This document shows positions 8,506 through 16,756 of a stretch of 64,000 bases of DNA, in pieces. Source of the DNA: a bacterium (lineage in GTDB: Bacteria; Margulisbacteria; Marinamargulisbacteria; SXXA01). The stretch covers positions 98,371 through 162,370 of the forward strand of contig CANIAP010000001.1 of the NCBI GenBank assembly GCA_947465765.1, given 5' to 3'. Made by a program: the position numbers and the translations under genes. The first letter of the stretch is position 1. Every line of letters starts with the position of its first letter. The notes beneath the pieces are model-generated. The model was not told the DNA's origin. It saw only the letters and a program-made list of their open reading frames with translations, and did no database searches.

Positions 8506-10338
8506 ATGACATATTCACCCGTTCACACCTTTCACATCCCGGTTATGGGGACTGCATTTACGATTGATACTCCGATTAAGGTTGCTCGCTTTGGGATATC
8601 GTCGGTGATGTCAATTGGAGATGATGAACTGTGCGAGACCATGCGTCGCTACTATTGCCAAGAATATGCGATTCCGTTTGAGCCGATCAAAAAGTGGGAC
8701 CATGATTTTCGTGCTCGTCGGATCACTGCCTATTTGGATTTGGTTCACGACATTGTTAATCTGCAGGTCGCTCAATTGAAGGCGCAATCGTTTGATGAGG
8801 GAACCGACTTGTCGAAATATTTCGAGTTGCTTCCGGATAACAGTGAGTTGTGTCGTCGGTATTCAGAAATGAAAGTTGAATCCGATTCCGTAAAACGGTC
8901 CTTAATCCAAACGGAGCTGCGTGATTCGATAGTTGCCGGTTCTTTAGATGTCAATATTATGACTAAAATTGATCGACTTAACTATTCAAAACGAGGCGAA
9001 TTGCTCCCCGAGGAATTTTCGGATGCATTGGCCGCCCTTCGGGGGTATGCCAACAGTAAACTGGAGTCCGCTATTATATTTTCTGCGGGATTTAATCGCC
9101 GTCTCTACGCGTATGTTGACAAATTTTCGGACTTTTTCCCAGATCCTCTCGGGAATATCAAAAAGAAGATCATTCTCAAGGTATCCGATTTTCGGTCCTC
9201 GCTCACCCAAGGTAAGTTTTTTGCCAAAAAAGGGGTGTGGGTGTCTGAGCATCGAATTGAATCGGGATTAAATTGTGGAGGGCATGCATTTGCTACCGAT
9301 GGATTTTTGCTGGGCCCCATTTTAGATGAATTTTGTCGGAAAAAAGATGAGCTGGTCCAGCAATTGATGGGAATATGTAATGGGGCGCTAACGGATCGGG
9401 GGCGCAACCCATTTGTTGCCGTTCCAGGAACCCGAATTACGGTGCAGGGTGGAATTGGAACTTATAAAGAAGATCAGTTTTTATTGAATCATTTTAAGGC
9501 CGATGGAACCGGTTGGGCGACCCCGTTTCTTTTGGTGCCTGAGGTGACCACATTGGACGAGTCGACCCGTTTGGAATTGGCCGCAACAACGAGTGATGAC
9601 TTGTATTTGAGTGGGGTGAGTCCGTTGGGTGTTCCCTTTAATACGTATCGGGGATCGGCCAGCGACAAGCTTAAGCTTGCGCGTGCGTTGGAGGGGAAAC
9701 CTGGCAGCCCCTGTCCAAAAGGTCATCTTGTGTCCAATACAGAGTTCACCGGTAAGCCGATATGCACGGCGTCGACGGTATATCAGAAAAAGAAAATTGA
9801 GCAGCTTCAGGACGCCCATCTGACCCCGGAGCAATATCAAACGGCGTATCAAAAAGTGATTGATAAGTCCTGCTTATGCGAGGACTTGGCGGCCGGCGCG
9901 TTGGTCGAATACGGGATTGATAACCAGCGCGCACTGGCGTCAGCGGTATGTCCGGGGCCCAATTTGGCGTATTTCTCTAAGATTTCAACCTTGGCCGAGA
10001 TGGTGGGGCACATTTATGGACGATGTAATTTGCTGAATGAGACGGTTCGACCCAATATGTTTGTTTCAGAGCTCAAAATGTATATTGATTATTTGGGCAA
10101 CCAGATTGGGGATACGGTTCTAGGTATTGTCGAGCGTAAAATGAGCTATTTTCAGGAGTTTCGGGCCAATCTTGATGATGGTATTTTGTTTTATCACCAG
10201 ATGGTCCCATTTTTGGTCGAGTACACCCAAGAGTATCGCGACCAGATGGTTCGTGAATTAGTGGCACTTAAAGACGAGTTGGAGTTGATGGTTTTAGGCC
10301 ATCCCACTTTTTTTGAGTCCCACGCAGTGGGGACATAA
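8506..10338 (+). CDS. Conserved-looking hypothetical protein; possible divergent NMO/FabK-like TIM-barrel oxidoreductase with a Cys-rich C-terminal region
   Basis: The ATG at 8506 (AGGA 7 nt upstream) is preferred over the TTG at 8431. Motifs resemble nitronate-monooxygenase/enoyl-reductase barrels: HIPVMGTAFTIDTPIKVARFGISSV, ESGLNCGGHAF, ITVQGGIGT...GTGWATPFLLVPE. The C-terminal part has CPKG, CLCEDLA and CPGPN. Confidence 0.7.
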   Translation: MTYSPVHTFHIPVMGTAFTIDTPIKVARFGISSVMSIGDDELCETMRRYYCQEYAIPFEPIKKWDHDFRARRITAYLDLVHDIVNLQVAQLKAQSFDEGTDLSKYFELLPDNSELCRRYSEMKVESDSVKRSLIQTELRDSIVAGSLDVNIMTKIDRLNYSKRGELLPEEFSDALAALRGYANSKLESAIIFSAGFNRRLYAYVDKFSDFFPDPLGNIKKKIILKVSDFRSSLTQGKFFAKKGVWVSEHRIESGLNCGGHAFATDGFLLGPILDEFCRKKDELVQQLMGICNGALTDRGRNPFVAVPGTRITVQGGIGTYKEDQFLLNHFKADGTGWATPFLLVPEVTTLDESTRLELAATTSDDLYLSGVSPLGVPFNTYRGSASDKLKLARALEGKPGSPCPKGHLVSNTEFTGKPICTASTVYQKKKIEQLQDAHLTPEQYQTAYQKVIDKSCLCEDLAAGALVEYGIDNQRALASAVCPGPNLAYFSKISTLAEMVGHIYGRCNLLNETVRPNMFVSELKMYIDYLGNQIGDTVLGIVERKMSYFQEFRANLDDGILFYHQMVPFLVEYTQEYRDQMVRELVALKDELELMVLGHPTFFESHAVGT

Positions 10339-10360
10339 ATTTTAGTTTGGGAAGTAGAGA

Positions 10361-11182
10361 GTGACGATGATATCGAATTTACGTGTGGCGTCGATCCAGT
10401 TAAATGCGACGGCAAATAAAGCATCCAATATTGAAAATGCAAAACGCTTAACGGTCCAAGCGATTGAAAGAGGCGCACGATTTATCGTGTTGCCCGAGGC
10501 CTTTAATTTTAGGGGGGACAAGGGGGTCCTTCTGGCAAATGCGGAGTCTATTCCGGGTCCAAGCACAAAAGTATTTCAGGACCTTGCTAAGAATTATAAT
10601 GTGACGATCTTGTTGGGCAGTGTGATTCAGGTCATTACTGGGCAAGATAAATTATTTAATACATCGGTCCTGATTAATGACGACGGTGTCATCGCGGCGC
10701 AGTACAGTAAAATCCATCTATTTGATGTGGATGTTGATCAGAAGCAATTCCGTGAATCGGATACGTTTGAGCGGGGTGCCCAACCTGTCATTGGGACGGT
10801 TGAGGATGTGCCGGTCGGCTTGAGTATTTGTTACGACCTCCGATTCCCGGAGTTATTTCGCTATTATTCGGCGCATGGGGCTAAAATTGCCTGTGTTCCG
10901 AGTTCCTTTACCCGGCCAACGGGGAATGCCCATTGGGAGATTTTGGTACGGGCCAGAGCTGTCGAAAACCTCATGTTTGTGATTGCTCCGAATCAAGTGG
11001 GTGTGGGTGGTGGCGGTGTTCCCACCTATGGGAATAGTTTGATCGTCGATCCGTGGGGCCACATATTGGCGCGTGGGGGAGATAACTCCGAAGAAGTATT
11101 GATCGCCGATTTGGATCTTTACGGTCAACAAGTATTGCGGAATCAATTCCCTTGTCTCAATCACCGAATTGACATTCGATGA
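10361..11182 (+). CDS. Carbon-nitrogen hydrolase (nitrilase superfamily, Nit-like amidase)
   Basis: VASIQL...FIVLPEAFNF (Glu), KIHLFDVDV (Lys), GLSICYDLRFPELFR (Cys). Together these give the catalytic E-K-C triad context. Confidence 0.85.
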   Translation: MTMISNLRVASIQLNATANKASNIENAKRLTVQAIERGARFIVLPEAFNFRGDKGVLLANAESIPGPSTKVFQDLAKNYNVTILLGSVIQVITGQDKLFNTSVLINDDGVIAAQYSKIHLFDVDVDQKQFRESDTFERGAQPVIGTVEDVPVGLSICYDLRFPELFRYYSAHGAKIACVPSSFTRPTGNAHWEILVRARAVENLMFVIAPNQVGVGGGGVPTYGNSLIVDPWGHILARGGDNSEEVLIADLDLYGQQVLRNQFPCLNHRIDIR

Positions 11183-12645
11183 GCGAATCTCGACTCCGGT
11201 TTGCGCCATCGCCGACCGGTAACTTACATATTGGGACCTTGCGGACGGCGTTGTTTAACTGGATTTATGCCAAAGCGATTGGGGCAACCTTGGTGTTGCG
11301 GATCGAAGACACGGATTTGGCACGATCGCAGGTGGAATTTGAAACAAATATTAACCAAGGATTGGATTGGTTGGGGCTGACGATGGACGAAGGGCCCTCC
11401 CAAGGGGGGGGGTGGGGGCCTTATCGGCAAACGGAACGCAATGAATTAGGGTTTTACAAGGCGCATGCGGATCGGTTGCTTCAATTAGGATATGCCTACC
11501 ATTGTTTTTGTACTGAGGCCGATTTGGATCAAGAGCGGGCGACTGCCGAGGCGGAAAAACGTCCCTATGTGTATTCCGGCAGATGCAAGGCACTGTCCCC
11601 GTCGGATGTTCAGGACAAAAGGGTGGCCCAGATTCCGTTTACGGTTAAGTTTTCGGTTCCGACCGGGCCGCCGGTACGGGTTAAAGACGTGATTCGCGGT
11701 GATATTGATTTTGATCGGTCTCTGATTGGGGATTTTGTTTTGGTCAAATCAGATCAAACACCGTCGTATAATTTTGCGGTGGTAGTGGATGACGGAATGA
11801 TGGGGATTACCGATGTGGTTCGGGGGGAAGACCATATTTCAAATACCCCCAAGCAAATATTGTTATTCGAATCCTTGGGATATGTGGTCCCCAAATTTGC
11901 CCATTTGCCCATGATTTTAGGGCCCGATAAAAGTAAGTTGTCGAAACGCCATGGGGCGACTGGCGTGACGGAATATCGGGCACAAGGATTTTTAGCCGAC
12001 GCCGTATTTAATTATCTGATGTTACTGGGGTGGTCGTCGGCGGATGGCAAGGAACTCATGACTCGCGACGAGATTATCCATCGTTTTACGTTGGAGAGAG
12101 TGTCGAAATCCGGCGCGGTATTTGACGTTGCGAAGTTACGTTGGATGAATGGCCAGTATATTCGACGACAGACGCCGACTGAGCTGTTGACCCACGTGCG
12201 TCCTTATTTGTCCGACCGGGTTCGAGTGGCCTTGGAGGCGTTAGGTTTCGACCGTTTTCAGGCCGCAATTTATTCGGTCCGTGATAATTTAGATGTGTTG
12301 ACGGACTGTAATTCGTTTTTGGAAGTATATGCGATGGACGCAGATTCATGGATTGCACAGGTGCGTGGGTATTCGTTTGGTGCCACGGATCTAACGGCGA
12401 TTTCGACGTTTCATGCGCATGTTAGAGGAATGACCGAATGGACTGTAACCGGTATTGAATCGATGATTGCAACGGTCGTTACTGAAACGGGGTTGGGCAA
12501 AGGTAAAGTATTTAAGCCCATTCGGATTGCGACTTCGGGGCAGCCGTCAGGGCCTCATTTGGCAGAATTAATCTGGATATTGGGTCAGTCAGTGGTGGTT
12601 CAGCGAATGGCGGATGTCGTCGCTCTGTTGAATTCGGTAAATTAG
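11179..12645 (+). CDS. gltX: Glutamyl-tRNA synthetase
   Basis: RFAPSPTGNLHIGTLRTALFNW (HIGH region), KLSKRHG (KMSKS). 488 aa. 4-nt overlap with the upstream gene. Confidence 0.95.
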   Translation: MSESRLRFAPSPTGNLHIGTLRTALFNWIYAKAIGATLVLRIEDTDLARSQVEFETNINQGLDWLGLTMDEGPSQGGGWGPYRQTERNELGFYKAHADRLLQLGYAYHCFCTEADLDQERATAEAEKRPYVYSGRCKALSPSDVQDKRVAQIPFTVKFSVPTGPPVRVKDVIRGDIDFDRSLIGDFVLVKSDQTPSYNFAVVVDDGMMGITDVVRGEDHISNTPKQILLFESLGYVVPKFAHLPMILGPDKSKLSKRHGATGVTEYRAQGFLADAVFNYLMLLGWSSADGKELMTRDEIIHRFTLERVSKSGAVFDVAKLRWMNGQYIRRQTPTELLTHVRPYLSDRVRVALEALGFDRFQAAIYSVRDNLDVLTDCNSFLEVYAMDADSWIAQVRGYSFGATDLTAISTFHAHVRGMTEWTVTGIESMIATVVTETGLGKGKVFKPIRIATSGQPSGPHLAELIWILGQSVVVQRMADVVALLNSVN

Positions 12646-12667
12646 AATAAAGTTGGAGGAAATCGCT

Positions 12668-13732
12668 ATGTCTCAGTCTCGCAAATCAGAATTTTTAAAG
12701 GATCGGGTTATTCATTTATCCATTGAGGATTTTGACGTTGTTAAAATCGTGGATTCGATGGGTAAAACTGCGTTCCAGGCACGTAATTTGAGTCGGGCGG
12801 CGCAGATTTTTGATAAAATGTTAGCAGATAAAGACTGTGTAGTTTTTTTAACATTGGCCGGCAGCTTAATCAGTGCAGGGCTAAAAAAGATTGTGACCCA
12901 ATTAATTCAGGCCAATATGGTCGATGCAATTGTGTCCACAGGTGCAAACATTGTGGATCAAGACTTTTTTGAAGCACTGGGGTTCTACCATTACATCGGC
13001 ACCCCATTTGTAAACGACCATGAGCTGCGTGAGCTGGCCATTGATCGTATTTACGATACCTACATCGACGAGGCGGATTTGCGGATTTGTGATGAAACCA
13101 TCGCGACGATCTGTAATGCGCTCGACCGGCGTCCGTATTCGTCACGAGAATTTATTGTGGAAATGGGACGGTATTTAGATTCAGATTCAAAGTTCGAACC
13201 GTTTAGGGGCGATTCGATTGTCTATAATGCGTTTAAGAAGGATGTTCCGATTTTTGTTCCGGCCTTCTCGGATTGTTCTGCTGGGTTTGGATTGGTGCAT
13301 CATCAATATTTCACCAAGGGACCGAAGGTAACGATTGATTCCGCGGCGGACTTTTTAGAAATTACTCAAATAAAATTAGCGCATCCTGACACGGGAATTT
13401 TTATGTTGGGCGGCGGCGTTCCCAAGAATTTTGTACAGGATATTGTTGTTGCGGCCGAAGTGATTCGGGATACCGAAATTGCAATGCACAAATATGCCAT
13501 TCAAATTACAGTTGCGGATGAACGGGATGGCGCATTGTCCGGTTCCACATTAAAGGAAGCCTGTTCTTGGGGCAAAGTAGATACCGTCTATGAGCAAATG
13601 GTGTTTTCTGAGGCGACGATTGCGTTTCCATTAATTGCAGGATATGGCTACCACAAAAAGAACTGGGTAGGTCGTGAAGAAAAACGATTGAATCGTTTAT
13701 TTGTGTCACAAGAAACGGCTGTCGGTGCATGA
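12668..13732 (+). CDS. Deoxyhypusine synthase-like protein (DHS / homospermidine-synthase family)
   Basis: The ATG at 12668 has GGAGGA 8 nt upstream. Motifs: LAGSLISAGLKKIV, VSTGANIVDQDFFEALG, MLGGGVPKNF, and the catalytic-lysine context EACSWGKV. Confidence 0.85.
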   Translation: MSQSRKSEFLKDRVIHLSIEDFDVVKIVDSMGKTAFQARNLSRAAQIFDKMLADKDCVVFLTLAGSLISAGLKKIVTQLIQANMVDAIVSTGANIVDQDFFEALGFYHYIGTPFVNDHELRELAIDRIYDTYIDEADLRICDETIATICNALDRRPYSSREFIVEMGRYLDSDSKFEPFRGDSIVYNAFKKDVPIFVPAFSDCSAGFGLVHHQYFTKGPKVTIDSAADFLEITQIKLAHPDTGIFMLGGGVPKNFVQDIVVAAEVIRDTEIAMHKYAIQITVADERDGALSGSTLKEACSWGKVDTVYEQMVFSEATIAFPLIAGYGYHKKNWVGREEKRLNRLFVSQETAVGA

Positions 13733-14604
13733 TTTCCTATGCAAACGGTCGCTTTGTCCCCACGGATGAGGTGGCCTTTCCATTGGTGGCAGATACGGTT
13801 GGAACCCTTCGGGGATTTCGGATTTTTACGGCGTGTAAAACGGTTAATGGGGTTATTTTTCGGTTTGATGATCACCTCAAACGATTGTGGGAATCAGCGG
13901 CTAAATTGGGAATGGATTTGCCTCATTCGGAAGAGGCGTTACGCCTCTTGGTGGCGGAGACACTCGAAAAAAATAAAAGTGAACCGGGTGAACGGTTAAT
14001 TGAGATCTTTTATTCTGGAGGTCCGGCGGCGGCAAATGGAACCTCTCCCACAGGGCCTGCACATGTGTACGTGGTGATATTTAAACTCAAGTTGCCCAGT
14101 GCTGAATGGTACGACCGTGGAATCGTGTTGGCGACATTCCCCCACCAACGGCACTTTCCGGAAATTAAGCTAACGTTTTACGTCGGCGCGGTACTGGCCC
14201 ACCAAACGGTGGTCAAAGACCATGGGGCCGATATGCCATTATTTATTACCGAAGGAAAAAATCCCGAAGTACTTGAAGGGTCCACCTTTAATTTTTTTGT
14301 CGTCAAAAACGGGCAGTTGATAACGCCGGCTACCGACGGTCGAATCTTGAAAGGAATCACTCGGTTGAGCGTAATTGAATCGGCCCTTCGGATGGGGGTG
14401 GTCGTCAAAGAAGAATCGCTCCCGATGGATTATAATTGGGACGAAGCATTTATTGTGTCGTCGACCCGTAATATTGTTCCGGTAACCCGAGTCGACGCTC
14501 AGGTTATTGGGTCCGGTTTGCCGGGCCCAGTGACTCAGCGGTTGATGGGACAGTTTGCGGTGGATATGGTAATTACGACTGTTCCCCTGGGATCGCACAT
14601 CTAA
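13729..14604 (+). CDS. Class IV (fold type IV) PLP aminotransferase (BCAT / D-amino-acid aminotransferase / ADC-lyase family)
   Basis: FPEIKLTFYVGAVLAHQ (Lys context), LEGSTFNFFVV, ILKGITR. 4-nt overlap with the DHS-like gene. Confidence 0.85.
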   Translation: MISYANGRFVPTDEVAFPLVADTVGTLRGFRIFTACKTVNGVIFRFDDHLKRLWESAAKLGMDLPHSEEALRLLVAETLEKNKSEPGERLIEIFYSGGPAAANGTSPTGPAHVYVVIFKLKLPSAEWYDRGIVLATFPHQRHFPEIKLTFYVGAVLAHQTVVKDHGADMPLFITEGKNPEVLEGSTFNFFVVKNGQLITPATDGRILKGITRLSVIESALRMGVVVKEESLPMDYNWDEAFIVSSTRNIVPVTRVDAQVIGSGLPGPVTQRLMGQFAVDMVITTVPLGSHI

Positions 14605-16078
14605 GTTGTAGCGCCTCGCTAATATGGGCCTCGGAAACGATGTCCGAATGCGCCAGGTCCGCGATGGTTTGGGCCACGCGTAATACCTTGTCGTGACTTC
14701 GGCCGGTTAATATTCCCCGCGCGAGGTAGCCATTGATGATCGTGTGAGCACCGTCAGTGATGGGGTATTTTTGGAGAGCGCCGGGGGATAATGATGCGTT
14801 AGGGGCACCTCGTAGGTTTTGTCGGTCCCGGGCGGCTCGGACCCGGGTACGGATATTGTCGGTGTGATACTCGGTTCGGTCGGATGGGCCTCGGCCCCAG
14901 TCCCGTGCATCCGGGCGGGGAATCTCGATGATCAGGTCGATTCGATCCAACAACGGACCGGATATTCGTTTGGCATATTTTGCAATTTGGCCGGGGTGAC
15001 AGGTGCAGGGGCGCACGGGGTCGCCGTAGTATCCGCAAGGGCAGGGGTTCATGGCGGCGACGAGGCTAAAATTCGCCGGATAGGTGACGGTGGCACTGGC
15101 CCGACTGATGGTGATGCGACGGTCCTCAAGGGGTTGCCGAAGGAGTTCCAATATTGCGCGAGGGTATTCGGGCAATTCGTCCAAAAATAGGATTCCGTTG
15201 TGGGATAGACTGATTTCACCGGGCAATGGGTTGGTGCCTCCGCCGACCATCCCGGCGTAGGAGATGGTATGGTGAGGGGTTCGAAACGGTCTCGCGAACT
15301 GAAGATGTTTGCCGTGGTTTCCAGGGATCAGGGCATGGAGCTCTAGTGATGCGATTGCCTCCTCCCAAGTGAGATCCGGCAGTATGGATGGGAGTCGGTG
15401 TAATAACATCGTTTTACCGGATCCTGGGGGTCCGATGAAGAGGAGGTTATGGCTGCCTGCAGCTGCAATTTCGATGGCTCTTTTGGCGAGCCATTGGCCT
15501 TTGACGTCTTCGATTAATAGGTGGGTGTTTCGCGGCGGGGTGGGCAACGGTTCTGGCGGAGGCGGGGTCCATTGTCCGGTGGCCCATTCTTTGACTTGGG
15601 AGATGGTGGACATTGGGATGACGGTGATTCCCTTCATCAACGCCGCTTCGGATGCATTTTCTGCTGGAACAACAATTTGTTTAAATCCATTTCGGGCGGC
15701 CATGGCGCACATCGAAATGATTCCACGTACGGGCCGGATATCACCCGCGAGGCCGAGCTCCCCGACGAAGAGGGTGTCGGTGATAGCGGGGATTTGGCCG
15801 GTCGCTTGGAGGATTCCCACGGCGATGGGGAGGTCAAAAAAGGGGCCTTCTTTTTTGAGTTCTGCAGGGGCTAAATTGATGATAATGGCCCGGGCCGGGT
15901 ATTGAAATTGGCAATGGCGAATGGCTGATCGGATTCGGCTTCGACTTTCTTTAACCACGGTATCGGGGAGGCCGACGATGGTTTCGCTGGGTAATCCCGG
16001 TTGGCAACTGACCTCGACGGACACGAGATGGGCGATGGGTCCCGTGATAGTGGCGCTGGGGACAGTGGTAATAGTCAA
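14573..16078 (-). CDS. comM: Mg-chelatase-like ATPase ComM/YifB
   Basis: N-terminal Lon-like domain (VEVSCQPGLPSETIVGLPDTVVKESRSRIRSAI, INLAPAELKKEG), Walker A GPPGSGKT, and a C-terminal Cys cluster NPCPCGYYG. TTG start with AGAGGAA upstream. Confidence 0.9.
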   Translation of the reverse strand: MTITTVPSATITGPIAHLVSVEVSCQPGLPSETIVGLPDTVVKESRSRIRSAIRHCQFQYPARAIIINLAPAELKKEGPFFDLPIAVGILQATGQIPAITDTLFVGELGLAGDIRPVRGIISMCAMAARNGFKQIVVPAENASEAALMKGITVIPMSTISQVKEWATGQWTPPPPEPLPTPPRNTHLLIEDVKGQWLAKRAIEIAAAGSHNLLFIGPPGSGKTMLLHRLPSILPDLTWEEAIASLELHALIPGNHGKHLQFARPFRTPHHTISYAGMVGGGTNPLPGEISLSHNGILFLDELPEYPRAILELLRQPLEDRRITISRASATVTYPANFSLVAAMNPCPCGYYGDPVRPCTCHPGQIAKYAKRISGPLLDRIDLIIEIPRPDARDWGRGPSDRTEYHTDNIRTRVRAARDRQNLRGAPNASLSPGALQKYPITDGAHTIINGYLARGILTGRSHDKVLRVAQTIADLAHSDIVSEAHISEALQLRCAIPGEQS

Positions 16079-16366
16079 AATTGGGTTCCTCTGGGAGTTG
16101 AATTAATCAAACGAGCCCGGGTCTGAAGTTGGGATGGAGTGTCGTGGACGGAGGGGTGATGGTGGGGTTATCCCGTTCATCCGTCGGTATAGTGATTTGA
16201 AACTCGATCAGACCCAAGATGAGGTGGCCTTCCTGAGAAGGTGGAAACAGTTAAATTCATTGAATAGGGTTTGTCAAATAATATTTTAATATTTTGTTAT
16301 TTTTCCAAATACATCAAGCTTGTATCGGCGTCGCTAAAGCCGCTACGGCGTGGGGGTAATATTAAA

Positions 16367-16715
16367 GTCGCAGGTGGTAAGCCGGGTTCTGTTGTCCAAC
16401 CATTTATCTAGGTCAGTTCTCGCGAACTGACTCCAGCGATCAACCCGAGAATCCAAACGAAGCGGGCCGCTTCTCTTCTCCTATTTGATCTTGCTCCAGA
16501 TGGGGTTTTCCGAAGTCCGCCGTTGCCGTGGACTTAGGGAGCTCTTACCTCCCTTTTTCACCCTTACCTTTGACTACCGAAGTAGCCAAAGGCGGTATCT
16601 TTTCTGTGGCACTTTCCATCAGCCTGTAAAGGCCGTCCTCCCGTTAGGAGGCATCCCGCCCTGTGGAGCCCGGACTTTCCTCTTCAACGAATCGAAGCGG
16701 TTGGTCTCCTGCGAC
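16367..16715 (-). ncRNA. rnpB: RNase P RNA, bacterial type A
   Basis: The reverse complement contains GAGGAAAGTCCGGGCTCCACAGGGC near the 5' end and ACAGAACCCGGCTTACC near the 3' end. P1 is formed by GTCGCAGG (16708-16715) and CCTGCGAC (16367-16374). Interior matches E. coli M1 RNA blocks (GGTAAGGGTGAAA, GGAGCAAG, CCTAGATAAATG). Confidence 0.92.
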
Positions 16716-16756
16716 CGGGCTAGTGTACCCCTTATCGCCGGGTTTGATCCACTATC

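Noticed and set aside
10361-11182. Carbon-nitrogen hydrolase as N-carbamoylputrescine amidase, forming a polyamine pathway with the DHS-like gene
   Set aside because: The sequence has the HLFDVDV / ICYDLRFPE pattern I associate with Nit1/Nit2-type amidases rather than the NCPAH branch. gltX also separates it from the DHS-like gene. This cannot be settled without a phylogeny.
15309-15905. 198-aa ORF antisense to comM. Similar long antisense or alternate-frame ORFs occur at 58319-58876, 35417-35866, 27413-27844, 41503-41913 and 54917-55420.
   Set aside because: All are embedded in genes with unmistakable conserved motifs on the other strand or frame. Their translations are Arg/Pro/Gly-rich, low-complexity and typical of shadow ORFs, and they lack ribosome-binding sites.
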